From Verrucomicrobiota bacterium (GTDB lineage: Bacteria; Verrucomicrobiota; Verrucomicrobiia; Limisphaerales; UBA9464): a stretch of 61,758 nucleotides of DNA. The notes below the pieces were generated by a model, which was not told where the DNA came from, ran no database searches, and saw nothing but the letters and a program-made list of their open reading frames with translations. The stretch spans positions 1 through 61,758 of the forward strand of contig JANYDN010000315.1 in the NCBI GenBank assembly GCA_025363585.1. The letters run 5' to 3'. A program made the translations under genes and the position numbers. Below are positions 44,101 to 52,287 of this stretch, piece by piece. Position 1 is the stretch's first letter. Each line of letters begins with the position of its first letter.

Positions 44101-44317
44101 GCCGGCGCCGGTGTCGCAACTGCAGTACTCGCGCGACGGCGGCAGCCTGCTGCTGGGAATGCCCTCCGAGTACCGGATGCTTTCGGCGGGCGCGACTGCG
44201 GCCCCTCCGGCGGCCCGGCTTCCCAAGGGATTCTGGATCGATCCGGTGAACATCGGCCAACGGCTCGGCAAACGGGCGACCGTGACGACGACGATGGCGA
44301 CGAAGCCGGCGCATTGA
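41120..44317 (+). CDS. Ser/Thr protein kinase with N-terminal zinc-ribbon-like CxxC pairs, one TM helix and a large WD40 beta-propeller region
   Basis: CPRCG...CTGC. Kinase motifs GGMGVVYLA, VAVKLL, HRDLKPSNVLV, DFGLAK and SPEQ. TM LAALLGTALLLGVVVVGGALLLA. More than 10 WD-like repeats (VRAWDL, LRLWDI, IRIYDI, VRWWHV). Confidence 0.9.
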   Translation: MSGTPPDPGVCPRCGTPTPATRLPGLAGVCTGCLADSLCDIEAPPAGAWLPGPPPTLPRRVGDYELLSELARGGMGVVYLARQVSLDRRVAVKLLLPGFVASPARLARFRSEATLAARLRHPNIVAIHDVGEHEGAPFFSMDYVEGRDLGRLVRDQGVGARQAAGLVRGVARAIQYAHERGVLHRDLKPSNVLVTPEGEPWVTDFGLAKPLDPESDLTLSGEILGSPSFMSPEQASGRKRQIDVRSDVYGLGGLLYYTLTGRPPFVGDSVSDTLRRVVAGDLVPPSVLRPGIPLELGIVAMRCLARDPRHRYASAGEVAEDLDRFLRGVPILARAPHRGERLWRWARREPTLAALLGTALLLGVVVVGGALLLASQREFARQNDAERRASSEMHRYVADVSNASRSIAEGKTHDALRMLDGLRPAPGDADPRGFEWHWLRSRTSDASGAPWWEGKEPIGALAWSPDGRRLAVVCPRSVRIMSRGGRRVFAEHPLGGPVSLRSAVFDREGRFLYIADSQGLRRMELTVGRTDTLVAEPLDGIVASPDGQWLAVRTSAVHGRRESRDVLIVDPDDGDIRAQLEGVGGPAMVWTQTAGFRGLAADGRIWGWDENAGKRVLAESNHDVPLAAALDAEGTMCATLSADGLLRTREVGTGRVISERRGKPQRDVQLAFSPDGRTLSVVGGADERVWVWSTADWTVAHRWTAHTDLVTSAVFHKDGRTLVTAGNDGTVRAWDLAEEPFERRWAHACANLPEGSARFSQDGRWIAGVRRNDSGEETALWPVADPDARPIAVPGRPVSFSPDGKFLLQWEKGGMLRLWDITNGTECVSFALNPRPTESPDQLSPDGRYFVCLDWQHQVHLYHAATTEELPGPVAHVLRVVVSPDSEWVGYTTPETVGVFRIATGEPNGFIFKGATDLAFSPDARYLAAGQGGGRIRIYDIAEHRIVEDLPAHTAPVTAVMFAPDGRTLASAGEDSSVRWWHVPAWRELVHVPLPAPVSQLQYSRDGGSLLLGMPSEYRMLSAGATAAPPAARLPKGFWIDPVNIGQRLGKRATVTTTMATKPAH

Positions 44318-44351
44318 CGCGCCACGCGCCTTGCCGCGGGGCACATCTTGA

Positions 44352-44598
44352 CACTGCCTCGGTTCGACTCGTGGAACTGAAAACATATAACAGAAGGTAA
44401 CGGAGGAAACGAAGCCTTCGTCTCGCTCGCGACGGCATGACCCGCCTGTTTTCCCTTTCGCGCGGAGGCACGTTGCGGAGGACCTGGGTCTCACTGCTGG
44501 AGACGGGCCCACGCGAAGCCCGCGACGAGCAAGTCTTCGTTGCCTCTGTTACCTTCTGTAAAAAGCCCCCTGTCCCGTTGGAACCAATCGAGGCAGTG
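44352..44598. repeat. Roughly 250-bp imperfect nested palindrome
   Basis: Outer arms cactgcctcggttc (44352-44365) and gaaccaatcgaggcagtg (44581-44598). Inner arms acagaaggtaacggaggaaacgaag (44390-44414) and cttcgttgcctctgttaccttctgt (44535-44559), with 2 mismatches. Confidence 0.7.
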
Positions 44599-44610
44599 CC
44601 CGGATGCGCC

Positions 44611-45939
44611 ATGAGCCGCGCCGCGGCGTGCCGGGTGCTTGTGATCGGGAGTCGCGCGCGTTACACCTGCCGGGTGTCAGAACAGGCGCACGACGTGATC
44701 GTCATCGGGGGTGGACCCGGCGGCAGTTGCGCGGCGACGGTGCTCGCGAAGGCCGGCCGGCGCGTGCTGCTGCTCGAACGCGAGAAGTTCCCGAGGTTCC
44801 ACGTCGGCGAGTCGCTCCTGCCCTACAACCACGCGATCTTCGAGGAACTCGGCCTTCTCCCCATCCTCGAGAAGGCCGGCTTCCCGGCCAAGCGCGGCGC
44901 GCAGTTCCACATCGCCGACGGTTCCAAGGGCACCGCGTTCGTGTTCGGCAAGGGCCGTTTCACGCGCCATCCCGCGGCGTTCCAGGTCGAGCGTTCGCGC
45001 TTCGACGAAATCCTGCTCCGCCACGCCGAGTCCTGCGGCGCCGAGGTCCGCGAGGAATTCTCCGTCAAGCGCACCGCCAACGATGCCGATGGCGTCGAGG
45101 TCGAGGGCATCGGACGCGATGGTTCACGCGCCACGTTCCGCGCGCGGTTCCTCGTCGATGCCACCGGACGCGACAACCTCACGGGCAATCGCGACGGCCT
45201 CCGCGACATGAACCCGAAGCTCCGCAAGCTCGCGGTGTTCGCGCATTTCTCGGGCGTCCGGCTCGATCCCGGGACCGCGGGTGGCGACACCGTGATCGTG
45301 CGCCTGGAGAACAAGTGGTTCTGGGTGATCCCGGTCGGCGTCGACAAGGTCAGCGTCGGCGTGGTGATGGAACGCGACGAGTTCGCGGCCGCGAAGTCCA
45401 CGCCCGGGGAAGTGTTCGAACGCTGGCGCGATTCCTCCGTCGCGATGAAGGAGCGCCTCGCGGACGCGCGGCGCCTCACCGAGTACCACGTCACCTCCGA
45501 CTGGTCGTATCGCAACCGGTCCTTCCATGGCCCCCGCCTGGTGCGCGTCGGCGACGCCGCGGGGTTCATCGACCCCATTTTCTCCAGCGGCGTCTTCCTC
45601 GCGATGCACTCCGCGCGCATCGCGGCCCACGCGATCGACGACGCGCTGGCGGGCGGCGGCGACGGCGCCGCGGGATTCGTCCGATACGAACGACGCATGC
45701 GGGACGCGCTCGGGATTTATTCGGAGATGGTGGAGAAGTTCTACACCACGCCGTTCATGGAACTGTTTCTCGAACCGCGGGACAAATGGCAGATCGCCGC
45801 CGCCATCAACGCGATCCTCGCCGGCGAACTCGAGGGCGGCTGGCGGCTGCGTTGGCGCATGCGCCTCTTCTTCATGCTCGTGTGGTTGCAGGAAAAGCGG
45901 CCGTTCATGCCGCGCATCCGCTTCGCCCCCGTCTCGTGA
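44611..45939 (+). CDS. FAD-dependent oxidoreductase of the flavin-halogenase / geranylgeranyl-reductase-like family
   Basis: DVIVIGGGPGGSCAATVLAKAG dinucleotide fold. FHVGESLLP. WFWVIP (WxWxIP motif). GDAAGFIDPIFSSGV. The alternative start is GTG 44674. Confidence 0.75.
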   Translation: MSRAAACRVLVIGSRARYTCRVSEQAHDVIVIGGGPGGSCAATVLAKAGRRVLLLEREKFPRFHVGESLLPYNHAIFEELGLLPILEKAGFPAKRGAQFHIADGSKGTAFVFGKGRFTRHPAAFQVERSRFDEILLRHAESCGAEVREEFSVKRTANDADGVEVEGIGRDGSRATFRARFLVDATGRDNLTGNRDGLRDMNPKLRKLAVFAHFSGVRLDPGTAGGDTVIVRLENKWFWVIPVGVDKVSVGVVMERDEFAAAKSTPGEVFERWRDSSVAMKERLADARRLTEYHVTSDWSYRNRSFHGPRLVRVGDAAGFIDPIFSSGVFLAMHSARIAAHAIDDALAGGGDGAAGFVRYERRMRDALGIYSEMVEKFYTTPFMELFLEPRDKWQIAAAINAILAGELEGGWRLRWRMRLFFMLVWLQEKRPFMPRIRFAPVS

Positions 45940-46418
45940 AGCCCGCGCGTCCCATCGGTCCCGGCCGCTCGGTGGCGGCGTGCGTGGCCATCGCGGCCGC
46001 GTTCGCGACGGGTTGCGCCGCGCCGCGCATCGCGCCCATCGACCTCGGCGAACCCGGATGGAAGGTCCATGAATCCGCCGCCGTCTGGCATCCGCCGGGC
46101 AACGCGCCGGAGTTGGCCGGCGAACTCCTCGTCGCGGCCCATCCAGACGGACGCTTGCTCGTTCAGTTCTCGAAGCAGTCCCTTCCCATCGTCACCGCCA
46201 CCGCGGTGCCGGGCGCTTGGTCCATCGCCTCCCCGCTCCGGCGTTCGGCCGTCGGCGGGCACGGCCGCCCCACCGATCGCGTGCCGTGGTTCCAGATCCG
46301 TTCGCTGCCGCCGGGTGCGCCCGGGTCGGCACGGTGGAAGCTGACGGCGGTGCCCGGCGCGCCTTGGCGGTTGGGCGCCGCTTCCGGGACCGAATTCGTC
46401 GAGGGACCCAACCCGTGA
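45936..46418 (+). CDS. Small lipoprotein of unknown function
   Basis: GTGA overlap with the upstream stop. Lipobox AAAFATG|C. 160 aa. Coupled on both sides. Confidence 0.55.
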   Translation: MKPARPIGPGRSVAACVAIAAAFATGCAAPRIAPIDLGEPGWKVHESAAVWHPPGNAPELAGELLVAAHPDGRLLVQFSKQSLPIVTATAVPGAWSIASPLRRSAVGGHGRPTDRVPWFQIRSLPPGAPGSARWKLTAVPGAPWRLGAASGTEFVEGPNP

Positions 46419-49400
46419 CGCGCCGCGGTTGGATCGGTTGGATTCTCGTCGCGCTCCTCGTCGTCGTCGGGGCCGCGCGGTTGCGCTTCGACGTCGATGT
46501 CCTCGGACTGTTGCCGCGCGCGCTTCCGGAAGTCCGCGGACTCGCGGCCTACCAACGGCATTTCGCGTCCGGACGACAATTGATCGTCAGCGTGGCCGCG
46601 CCGGACGCGACCACCGCCACCGGCGTCGCCCGCGATCTCGCGGCCGCCCTTCGCGCCGAACCCGGACTCGTCCGCTCCGCGGAGTGGCAGGCGCCGTGGA
46701 TCGAGCATCCGTCCGACATTCCCGAACTCCTCGGCTGGATGTGGCTGAACCGTCCGCCGGAGAAGTTCGCGTCGCTCGCCGCGGGCCTCGCCCCGGACCG
46801 CGTCGGCTCCACGCTGGATGCGGCGCGCGAGACGCTCGCCACGTCGCTGTCGCCCGCCGACCTCGCGCGGGTGGCCAACGATCCGTTCGGCTTCACGCGC
46901 CTGTCGGAAGGCGGCATGCCGGAATGGGCGTCGTCGGATGCCGGATTCTCGGCCGAGGACGGGACGTTCCGCATCGTCTCGGTGGAACCGCTCGCGGGCG
47001 CGGGCAACTACCGCGCGGCGACGGCCTGGCTCGCCGAGGTGCGTCGCGTCGCGGCAAACGTCCCGTCGGTCAAGGCCGGCGTTGCACGCGTGCGTTACAC
47101 CGGCGGGCCGGCGTTCGCGGCGGAAATCGCGCGCGGCATGCAAAGCGATTTCGGGAGCTCGGTCGTGACGACGGCACTCGTCATCGCGGCGTTGTTCTGG
47201 TGGGCGCATCGTTCGTGGAAGCCGTTGGTGCGATTGATCGCGACGCTCGGCGCGACGCTCGCGTTGACGCTGCTCGCGGGCGGCGCGGTGTTCGGCGGGC
47301 TCAATGTCGTCGGTCTCGGCTTCGCCGCGGTGTTGCTCGGGTTGGTCGTCGACTACGGACTCGTCACCTACCAGGAGCGCGTCGCGTCGCCGCGCATCCC
47401 GCCGTCGGAACTCCGGCACGAACTCGCGCCCGCGCTGGGCTGGGCCGCGGCGACCACCGCCGGGACCTTCCTAGCGCTCGCCGGCGCGGGTCTTCCCGGT
47501 CTTGCCCAGCTCGGCGCGCTCGTCGCCATCGGCATCGTCCTCGGTGCCGGCCTCATGCTGTGGCAGTTCTCGCGTCCGTTGCCCGCCTCGGCCATTCCCG
47601 CCTTCGATCCCGTCCCGGACCCGACGCCGGTCCGCGGTTACCGTCCGCTCGCCTTGGGCGCGACGGCAGTGCTGTTGCTCGCCGCCGCGCTCGTGTTGGT
47701 CGTTCGTCGCCCTCCCGCGCTGGACACCTCGGCAGAGCCGCTGCGCCCGCGCCAAAGCGAGGCGTACGACGCGATGGAGGAAATCTCGCGCCGGCTTCTC
47801 CGCGCGGCCGATCCGTCGTGGGTGGTCGTGGCGGGACGCACGGCGGACGAGGTCGATCGACGCATGGAATCGGCGCGGGCCAAACTCGCCGACGCGCGCG
47901 CCGCGGGTGTCGTCGGGGAATTCGTGTTGCCATCGGAAATCTGGCCGCATCCGCGGTGGATCGAATCCAACCGGCCCGCGGGATTGGCGCTGGCCGCCCG
48001 ACGCGACGCGATCCGCGACGCGGCGTTGGACGCGGGCTTCACGACGAACGCGATGTCGCTGGCCGACGCGGTGTTTCGTTCGTGGCGCACGGCGCCCTCC
48101 GGCGGATCGTGGCCCACCAACGCCACCGCGAACTGGCTCACGCGGCAGGCGGCCGCGCGCGACGGCGACGATTGGTTCGCGCTCGGCATGGTGCGGCTCG
48201 CCACCAACGCGCCCCCGAAAGCGCTCGTGGCGGACCTCGCGCGCGACGACGCGTGGCTCACCGGGTGGTCGTTGCTCGGGCCGGCGCTCGTCGGGCACGT
48301 CCGCGGCCGCGTGGGCTGGTTGACCGCGGGCGTCGCGCTGACGCTCGTCGGTTGCCTGATGCTCACCTTCCGGCGCGCGCGGGAGGTTCTGCTTGGGTTG
48401 GCGGCGCTCGCGTTCAGCGGGCTGCTGGTGCTCGCCGCGATGCGCGTCGCCGGTTGGTCGTGGAACCTCATGAGCCTCGTCGCGGTCCCGTTGCTGTTGG
48501 GAACTTCCGTCGACCAGACGATCCACGTGATGCTCGCGCTGCGGCGCCATGCGGGAAACCTGCGCGCGGTTTGGCGCACGACGGGCCGCGCGCTGTTGTT
48601 GTGCGCGGGCGCGAACATCGCGGGCTTCGGATCGCTCGCGTTCAGCAGCAACGCCGGCCTCGCGAGCCTCGACCTCGTCTGCGCGCTCGGCGTCACCGCG
48701 GTGTTCTTCGTCTCGCTCGCGTTGTTGCCCGCGTGGTGGCTCGCGTGCGGCGGTCCCGCAGGGGCGGGACGCGAATTCAGACCCGCGCCATCGACGCTGT
48801 ATCGGGCCGGATGGTGGCGGCTCGCGGTGGGCATCACGCGGTTCGTGCCCCGCGCTTGGCTCGGGCGCGTCGCCGCCGCCGTCGCCGTGGTGTACGCGGC
48901 CGTTCGTCCCGCGCGCCGGCGGATCGTCGCCGACAATCTGCTGCCGTGGTGCGGCGACGATCGGCGCGTCGCGGAATGCCTGGCATGGGCGAACTTTGCC
49001 GGGTTCGGACGCAAACTCGTCGACCTGTGGTTGTGCGAGTCGGGCGTCGATGTCCTGCCGTGGGTGCGTCCCGACCATCGTTGGGTCGAGCCCGCGCGGG
49101 TGCGTGTCGCGGGACGCGGCGTGTTGCTCGTCACGATCCATCTCGGCAACTGGGAATTCGGCGCGCCGCTTTTGGCGAGGGACGGCTGGCCATTACTCGT
49201 GCTCACCGCCCCCGAACCCGGTGTTGGCCTCACCGAATTCCGCAGCGAAGCGCGGGCGCGGCAGGGCATTCGCACGCTCGTGGTCGGCGACGATCCCTTC
49301 GCGTTCGTCGAGGTGATCCGCTGGCTCGGGGACGGCGGCACCGTCGCGCTTCTCCTCGATCGTCCGCCGGGCCAGAACGCGGCCACGGTCGAGTGGTGCG

Positions 49401-49660
49401 GACGGCGGTTCCTCGCGTCGCCCGCGGCCGCCGAACTTGCGCGCGCGACCGGCTGTCTCGTGGTGCCCGTCGTCCTGCCACGCGTCGGCGACGTCTACGA
49501 GGCGCGCATGCTCGAGCCGGTGGAGTACGATCGACAGGCGCTCGGCGACCGCGCGGCGCGGGCCGCGTTCACCGGCAGGATCCTTCGTGCGTTCGAGCCA
49601 GTCGTGCGCGAATGTCCCGAACAATGGTTTCACTTCGTTCCCGTCTGGCCGCGGTCGTGA
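46415..49660 (+). CDS. MMPL/RND-type exporter fused to an LpxL/HtrB-type lysophospholipid acyltransferase domain
   Basis: GTGA overlap. Two 6-TM bundles with large periplasmic loops (MMPL pattern). The C-terminal ~300 aa carry VLLVTIHLGNWEF (HxxxxE acyltransferase box) and ALLLDRPP. Confidence 0.7.
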   Translation: MTRRGWIGWILVALLVVVGAARLRFDVDVLGLLPRALPEVRGLAAYQRHFASGRQLIVSVAAPDATTATGVARDLAAALRAEPGLVRSAEWQAPWIEHPSDIPELLGWMWLNRPPEKFASLAAGLAPDRVGSTLDAARETLATSLSPADLARVANDPFGFTRLSEGGMPEWASSDAGFSAEDGTFRIVSVEPLAGAGNYRAATAWLAEVRRVAANVPSVKAGVARVRYTGGPAFAAEIARGMQSDFGSSVVTTALVIAALFWWAHRSWKPLVRLIATLGATLALTLLAGGAVFGGLNVVGLGFAAVLLGLVVDYGLVTYQERVASPRIPPSELRHELAPALGWAAATTAGTFLALAGAGLPGLAQLGALVAIGIVLGAGLMLWQFSRPLPASAIPAFDPVPDPTPVRGYRPLALGATAVLLLAAALVLVVRRPPALDTSAEPLRPRQSEAYDAMEEISRRLLRAADPSWVVVAGRTADEVDRRMESARAKLADARAAGVVGEFVLPSEIWPHPRWIESNRPAGLALAARRDAIRDAALDAGFTTNAMSLADAVFRSWRTAPSGGSWPTNATANWLTRQAAARDGDDWFALGMVRLATNAPPKALVADLARDDAWLTGWSLLGPALVGHVRGRVGWLTAGVALTLVGCLMLTFRRAREVLLGLAALAFSGLLVLAAMRVAGWSWNLMSLVAVPLLLGTSVDQTIHVMLALRRHAGNLRAVWRTTGRALLLCAGANIAGFGSLAFSSNAGLASLDLVCALGVTAVFFVSLALLPAWWLACGGPAGAGREFRPAPSTLYRAGWWRLAVGITRFVPRAWLGRVAAAVAVVYAAVRPARRRIVADNLLPWCGDDRRVAECLAWANFAGFGRKLVDLWLCESGVDVLPWVRPDHRWVEPARVRVAGRGVLLVTIHLGNWEFGAPLLARDGWPLLVLTAPEPGVGLTEFRSEARARQGIRTLVVGDDPFAFVEVIRWLGDGGTVALLLDRPPGQNAATVEWCGRRFLASPAAAELARATGCLVVPVVLPRVGDVYEARMLEPVEYDRQALGDRAARAAFTGRILRAFEPVVRECPEQWFHFVPVWPRS

Positions 49661-50325
49661 GCGCGTTCGCCGTGCTCGCCTCCGCTTCCACGCGGGCCGC
49701 GGGCAACCCCGTCGTCGATGCCTGGCTGGGCGGGCAGACGAACGTCTCCACGTGGTCGGCCGACTTCGTCCAGACCCGCCGCCTGCCCGCGCTGGCGCGT
49801 CCGTTGACGGCGCCGGGCCACGTGTGGTTCGCGACGCCCGACCGCTTCCGCTGGGAACTCGGCGAGCCCGTCCAGAGCGTGGCGGTGCGCCGCGGCGACG
49901 CGCTGCTGGTCCTGAGCCCGCGCCTCAAGCGCGCCGAGACGCTCGACCTCCGCGCGGTCGCGCGCGGCCCGATGCGCGACGCGATGGCCTTGCTCGACAC
50001 CGGTTTTCCGCGCGACGCCGCCGAGTTCTCCCGACGCTTCGAGGTGCGATCCATCGGGACGACCAACGCGTGCCACGAACTGAACCTGTTGCCCCGCGAT
50101 GCCGGCGCGCGCCGCTTGTTGGCGGGACTGACCGTGACCGTCGCGACGAACGGGTTCGCCCTGGTCGCGACCGAACTTCGGTTCGCGGATGGAACCGTGC
50201 TGCGCAACGATTTCACGAACGCCGCCGTGAACGCCGCGATCGCGCCGGGGCGATTCGACACCGCTGTGCCCGAGGGCTACTCGGTCGCCGGCGCCACGCG
50301 GACCAGCGCGATCCCGCGACGTTGA
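49624..50325 (+). CDS. LolA-like outer-membrane lipoprotein carrier family protein
   Basis: Signal peptide LAAVVSAFAVLASAS. LolA-like F.Q.R........G.VWF..P..FRWE pattern. The alternative start is 49612. Confidence 0.65.
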   Translation: MVSLRSRLAAVVSAFAVLASASTRAAGNPVVDAWLGGQTNVSTWSADFVQTRRLPALARPLTAPGHVWFATPDRFRWELGEPVQSVAVRRGDALLVLSPRLKRAETLDLRAVARGPMRDAMALLDTGFPRDAAEFSRRFEVRSIGTTNACHELNLLPRDAGARRLLAGLTVTVATNGFALVATELRFADGTVLRNDFTNAAVNAAIAPGRFDTAVPEGYSVAGATRTSAIPRR

Positions 50326-50330
50326 ACGAC

Positions 50331-50765
50331 ATGAATCCTTCCCACGCCGACGCGTTGGCCGCGTTGCCGCACGGGCCCGAGTTCCGGTTCGTGGACCGCT
50401 TGCTCGCTCTCGATCCCGGCGTTTCCGGCGCCGCGGAATTCCGGCTGACGGGCGACGAGCCATTCCTGCGCGGGCATTTCCCGGGGGATCCCATGATGCC
50501 CGGGGTGCTGTTGGTCGAGGCGGGCGCGCAACTCGCGGGCGTGGTGGCCCAATCCGATCCGCGGCAACCGGCGATCGTCGGGCTGCGTCTGGCCGCCCTG
50601 CGCCAGATCAAGATCCTCGGCGCCGTGCGACCCGGCGAGACGGTGCGCCTCGAGGCCGTCGTCGTCGCGCGCATGGGAACGCTTGTGCAAGCACGCGTCT
50701 CCGCCGCGGTGGACGGGCGCCAGGTGATGCTGGGCGAGGTGACCCTCGCGGGGACGGCGGAGTAG
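50331..50765 (+). CDS. FabZ/FabA-like hotdog-fold dehydratase
   Basis: LPHGPEFRFVDRLL and FLRGHFPGDPMMPGVLLVEAGAQL (catalytic His motif). 144 aa. Confidence 0.8.
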   Translation: MNPSHADALAALPHGPEFRFVDRLLALDPGVSGAAEFRLTGDEPFLRGHFPGDPMMPGVLLVEAGAQLAGVVAQSDPRQPAIVGLRLAALRQIKILGAVRPGETVRLEAVVVARMGTLVQARVSAAVDGRQVMLGEVTLAGTAE

Positions 50766-50770
50766 AAAGT

Positions 50771-50915
50771 GTTCAGTAGTCAGTTTTCAGTCGTCGGTTA
50801 GGAAAGAACCCCCCGACCGCGGATAGGCGACAGGAGTCCGGACCTAACGGCTGAACACTGAACACTGAAAACTGACCACTGAACACTGACGACTGACGAC
50901 TGACCACTGGCCACT
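50771..50915. repeat. Family D repeats (ACTGAAC / ACTGACC / ACTGACG words) with an inverted left arm
   Basis: gttcagtagtcagttttcagtcgtc faces ctgaacactgaacactgaaaactgaccactgaacactgacgactgacgactgaccactggccactg. Lies between convergent genes. Confidence 0.75.
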
Positions 50916-50917
50916 GC

Positions 50918-52174
50918 CTACTTCCCCGCCCGCCAACGCGCGCGCCATTCCGCCCGCGGAAGTTTGCCCCGCGCGCCGGAAGCCAGCGATTCCACCGGCC
51001 ACCATTCGCGGGGCACTTGCCACGCCGGCAATCGCGCCGCGGCATGGGCGCGCAGCTCCGCGGACGAAACGCCGGGCGACTCGACGCAGGCCACGATCGT
51101 CTCGCCGCGCGGATCGTCCGGCGACTCGGCGCCGAACACGAGGCACTCGCGCACGCCCGGATGCGTCCGCAACGCGGCCTCGACCGTTTCCGGCGCGAGC
51201 TTTCTTCCCGCGACGTTGATCACGTCCGCCGCCCGCCCCAGCCAGCGCACCGCGCCCGATGCGCCGATCTCGACGAAATCGGACGTGCGGAAACATCCGT
51301 CGGACAACGCGGGATCCGATTCCGGCCAATACGAAGTGCCCACCGCCGCCCCGCGCACCTCGAGGCATCCGCCGCGACCGGTCGCGAGCGACACGCCGTC
51401 GAGTGCGGTGCCCACGACGCGCTCGTCCGTGCGCGGCGTGCCGGCGCGGTCGTACGCGATGCCGCCGCATTCGGACGAGCCGAGGAAGTTGTGGAGTTTG
51501 AGTGCCGACCGGGCGAACACCGCTTCCTCGAGCGCGAGCGGCAACGGCGCGCCCGCGGAGATCGCCAATCGAACGTTCGTGGGCACGCATCCGGCCTCCT
51601 GCCACGCGCGCCACATCGCGGGTACCGCGGGCAACGCCATTCCCTCGAACCCCGACGCAGCGCGCGCCAACGACTCGGGCAACGGCGCCGGGACCAACAC
51701 CAGGGGAATCCCGTGCAGCAAGAGCGGTGTCACGAGATTCGAGAAGCCGTAGCTGTGCGCCATCGAGATCACGCCGAGGTTCGGCCACTCCGGACGCAGG
51801 CCCATCGTCGCGACGATCTGGTCGGCGTCGGCCGCCAATTGGGATCCGGTGAACGCGATGCCGCGCGGGACTCCCGTGGAACCCGAGGTGAATTTCAGGT
51901 GCGCGATGCCGTCCGGCGGCACGGGCAACGCGGGCGCGGAAGTTCCCGGTTCCAACGGACACACGGCCTTCCCGTCGCGCCATCCCGCGAGCACGTCGAC
52001 GACGAACGCGACGGAATGCCCGCGCGGGAAAACCCACGCGCCCTCGCGGCGGCCTTCTTGTTCCGCGAGATCGGCGAGGGCGGCGAACGTCAGCGCGAGG
52101 CCCGTGGCGGTGTCCACCAACGCGGTCGCGTCGGGAGAGCGACGGACGATGGCGCGCCAGCGATCGTAGAGCAT
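50918..52174 (-). CDS. AMP-dependent synthetase/ligase (adenylate-forming enzyme)
   Basis: AMP motif TSGSTGVPRG, GSSECGG, and a C-terminal GKL lysine region. I prefer the MLYDRW start at 52174 because it leaves a divergent promoter gap. The ORF extends to 52285. Confidence 0.75.
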   Translation of the reverse strand: MLYDRWRAIVRRSPDATALVDTATGLALTFAALADLAEQEGRREGAWVFPRGHSVAFVVDVLAGWRDGKAVCPLEPGTSAPALPVPPDGIAHLKFTSGSTGVPRGIAFTGSQLAADADQIVATMGLRPEWPNLGVISMAHSYGFSNLVTPLLLHGIPLVLVPAPLPESLARAASGFEGMALPAVPAMWRAWQEAGCVPTNVRLAISAGAPLPLALEEAVFARSALKLHNFLGSSECGGIAYDRAGTPRTDERVVGTALDGVSLATGRGGCLEVRGAAVGTSYWPESDPALSDGCFRTSDFVEIGASGAVRWLGRAADVINVAGRKLAPETVEAALRTHPGVRECLVFGAESPDDPRGETIVACVESPGVSSAELRAHAAARLPAWQVPREWWPVESLASGARGKLPRAEWRARWRAGK

Positions 52175-52287
52175 TGCGGTCGCTGTGTGCCCGTCGCTAG
52201 CCTCCGCGGCAAGCCGGAACAGCGGGGAAGCCGCCGCGGATTCCGGCCCATTCGCGCGGAACCATGCCGACACGTCCGAGGACATCG

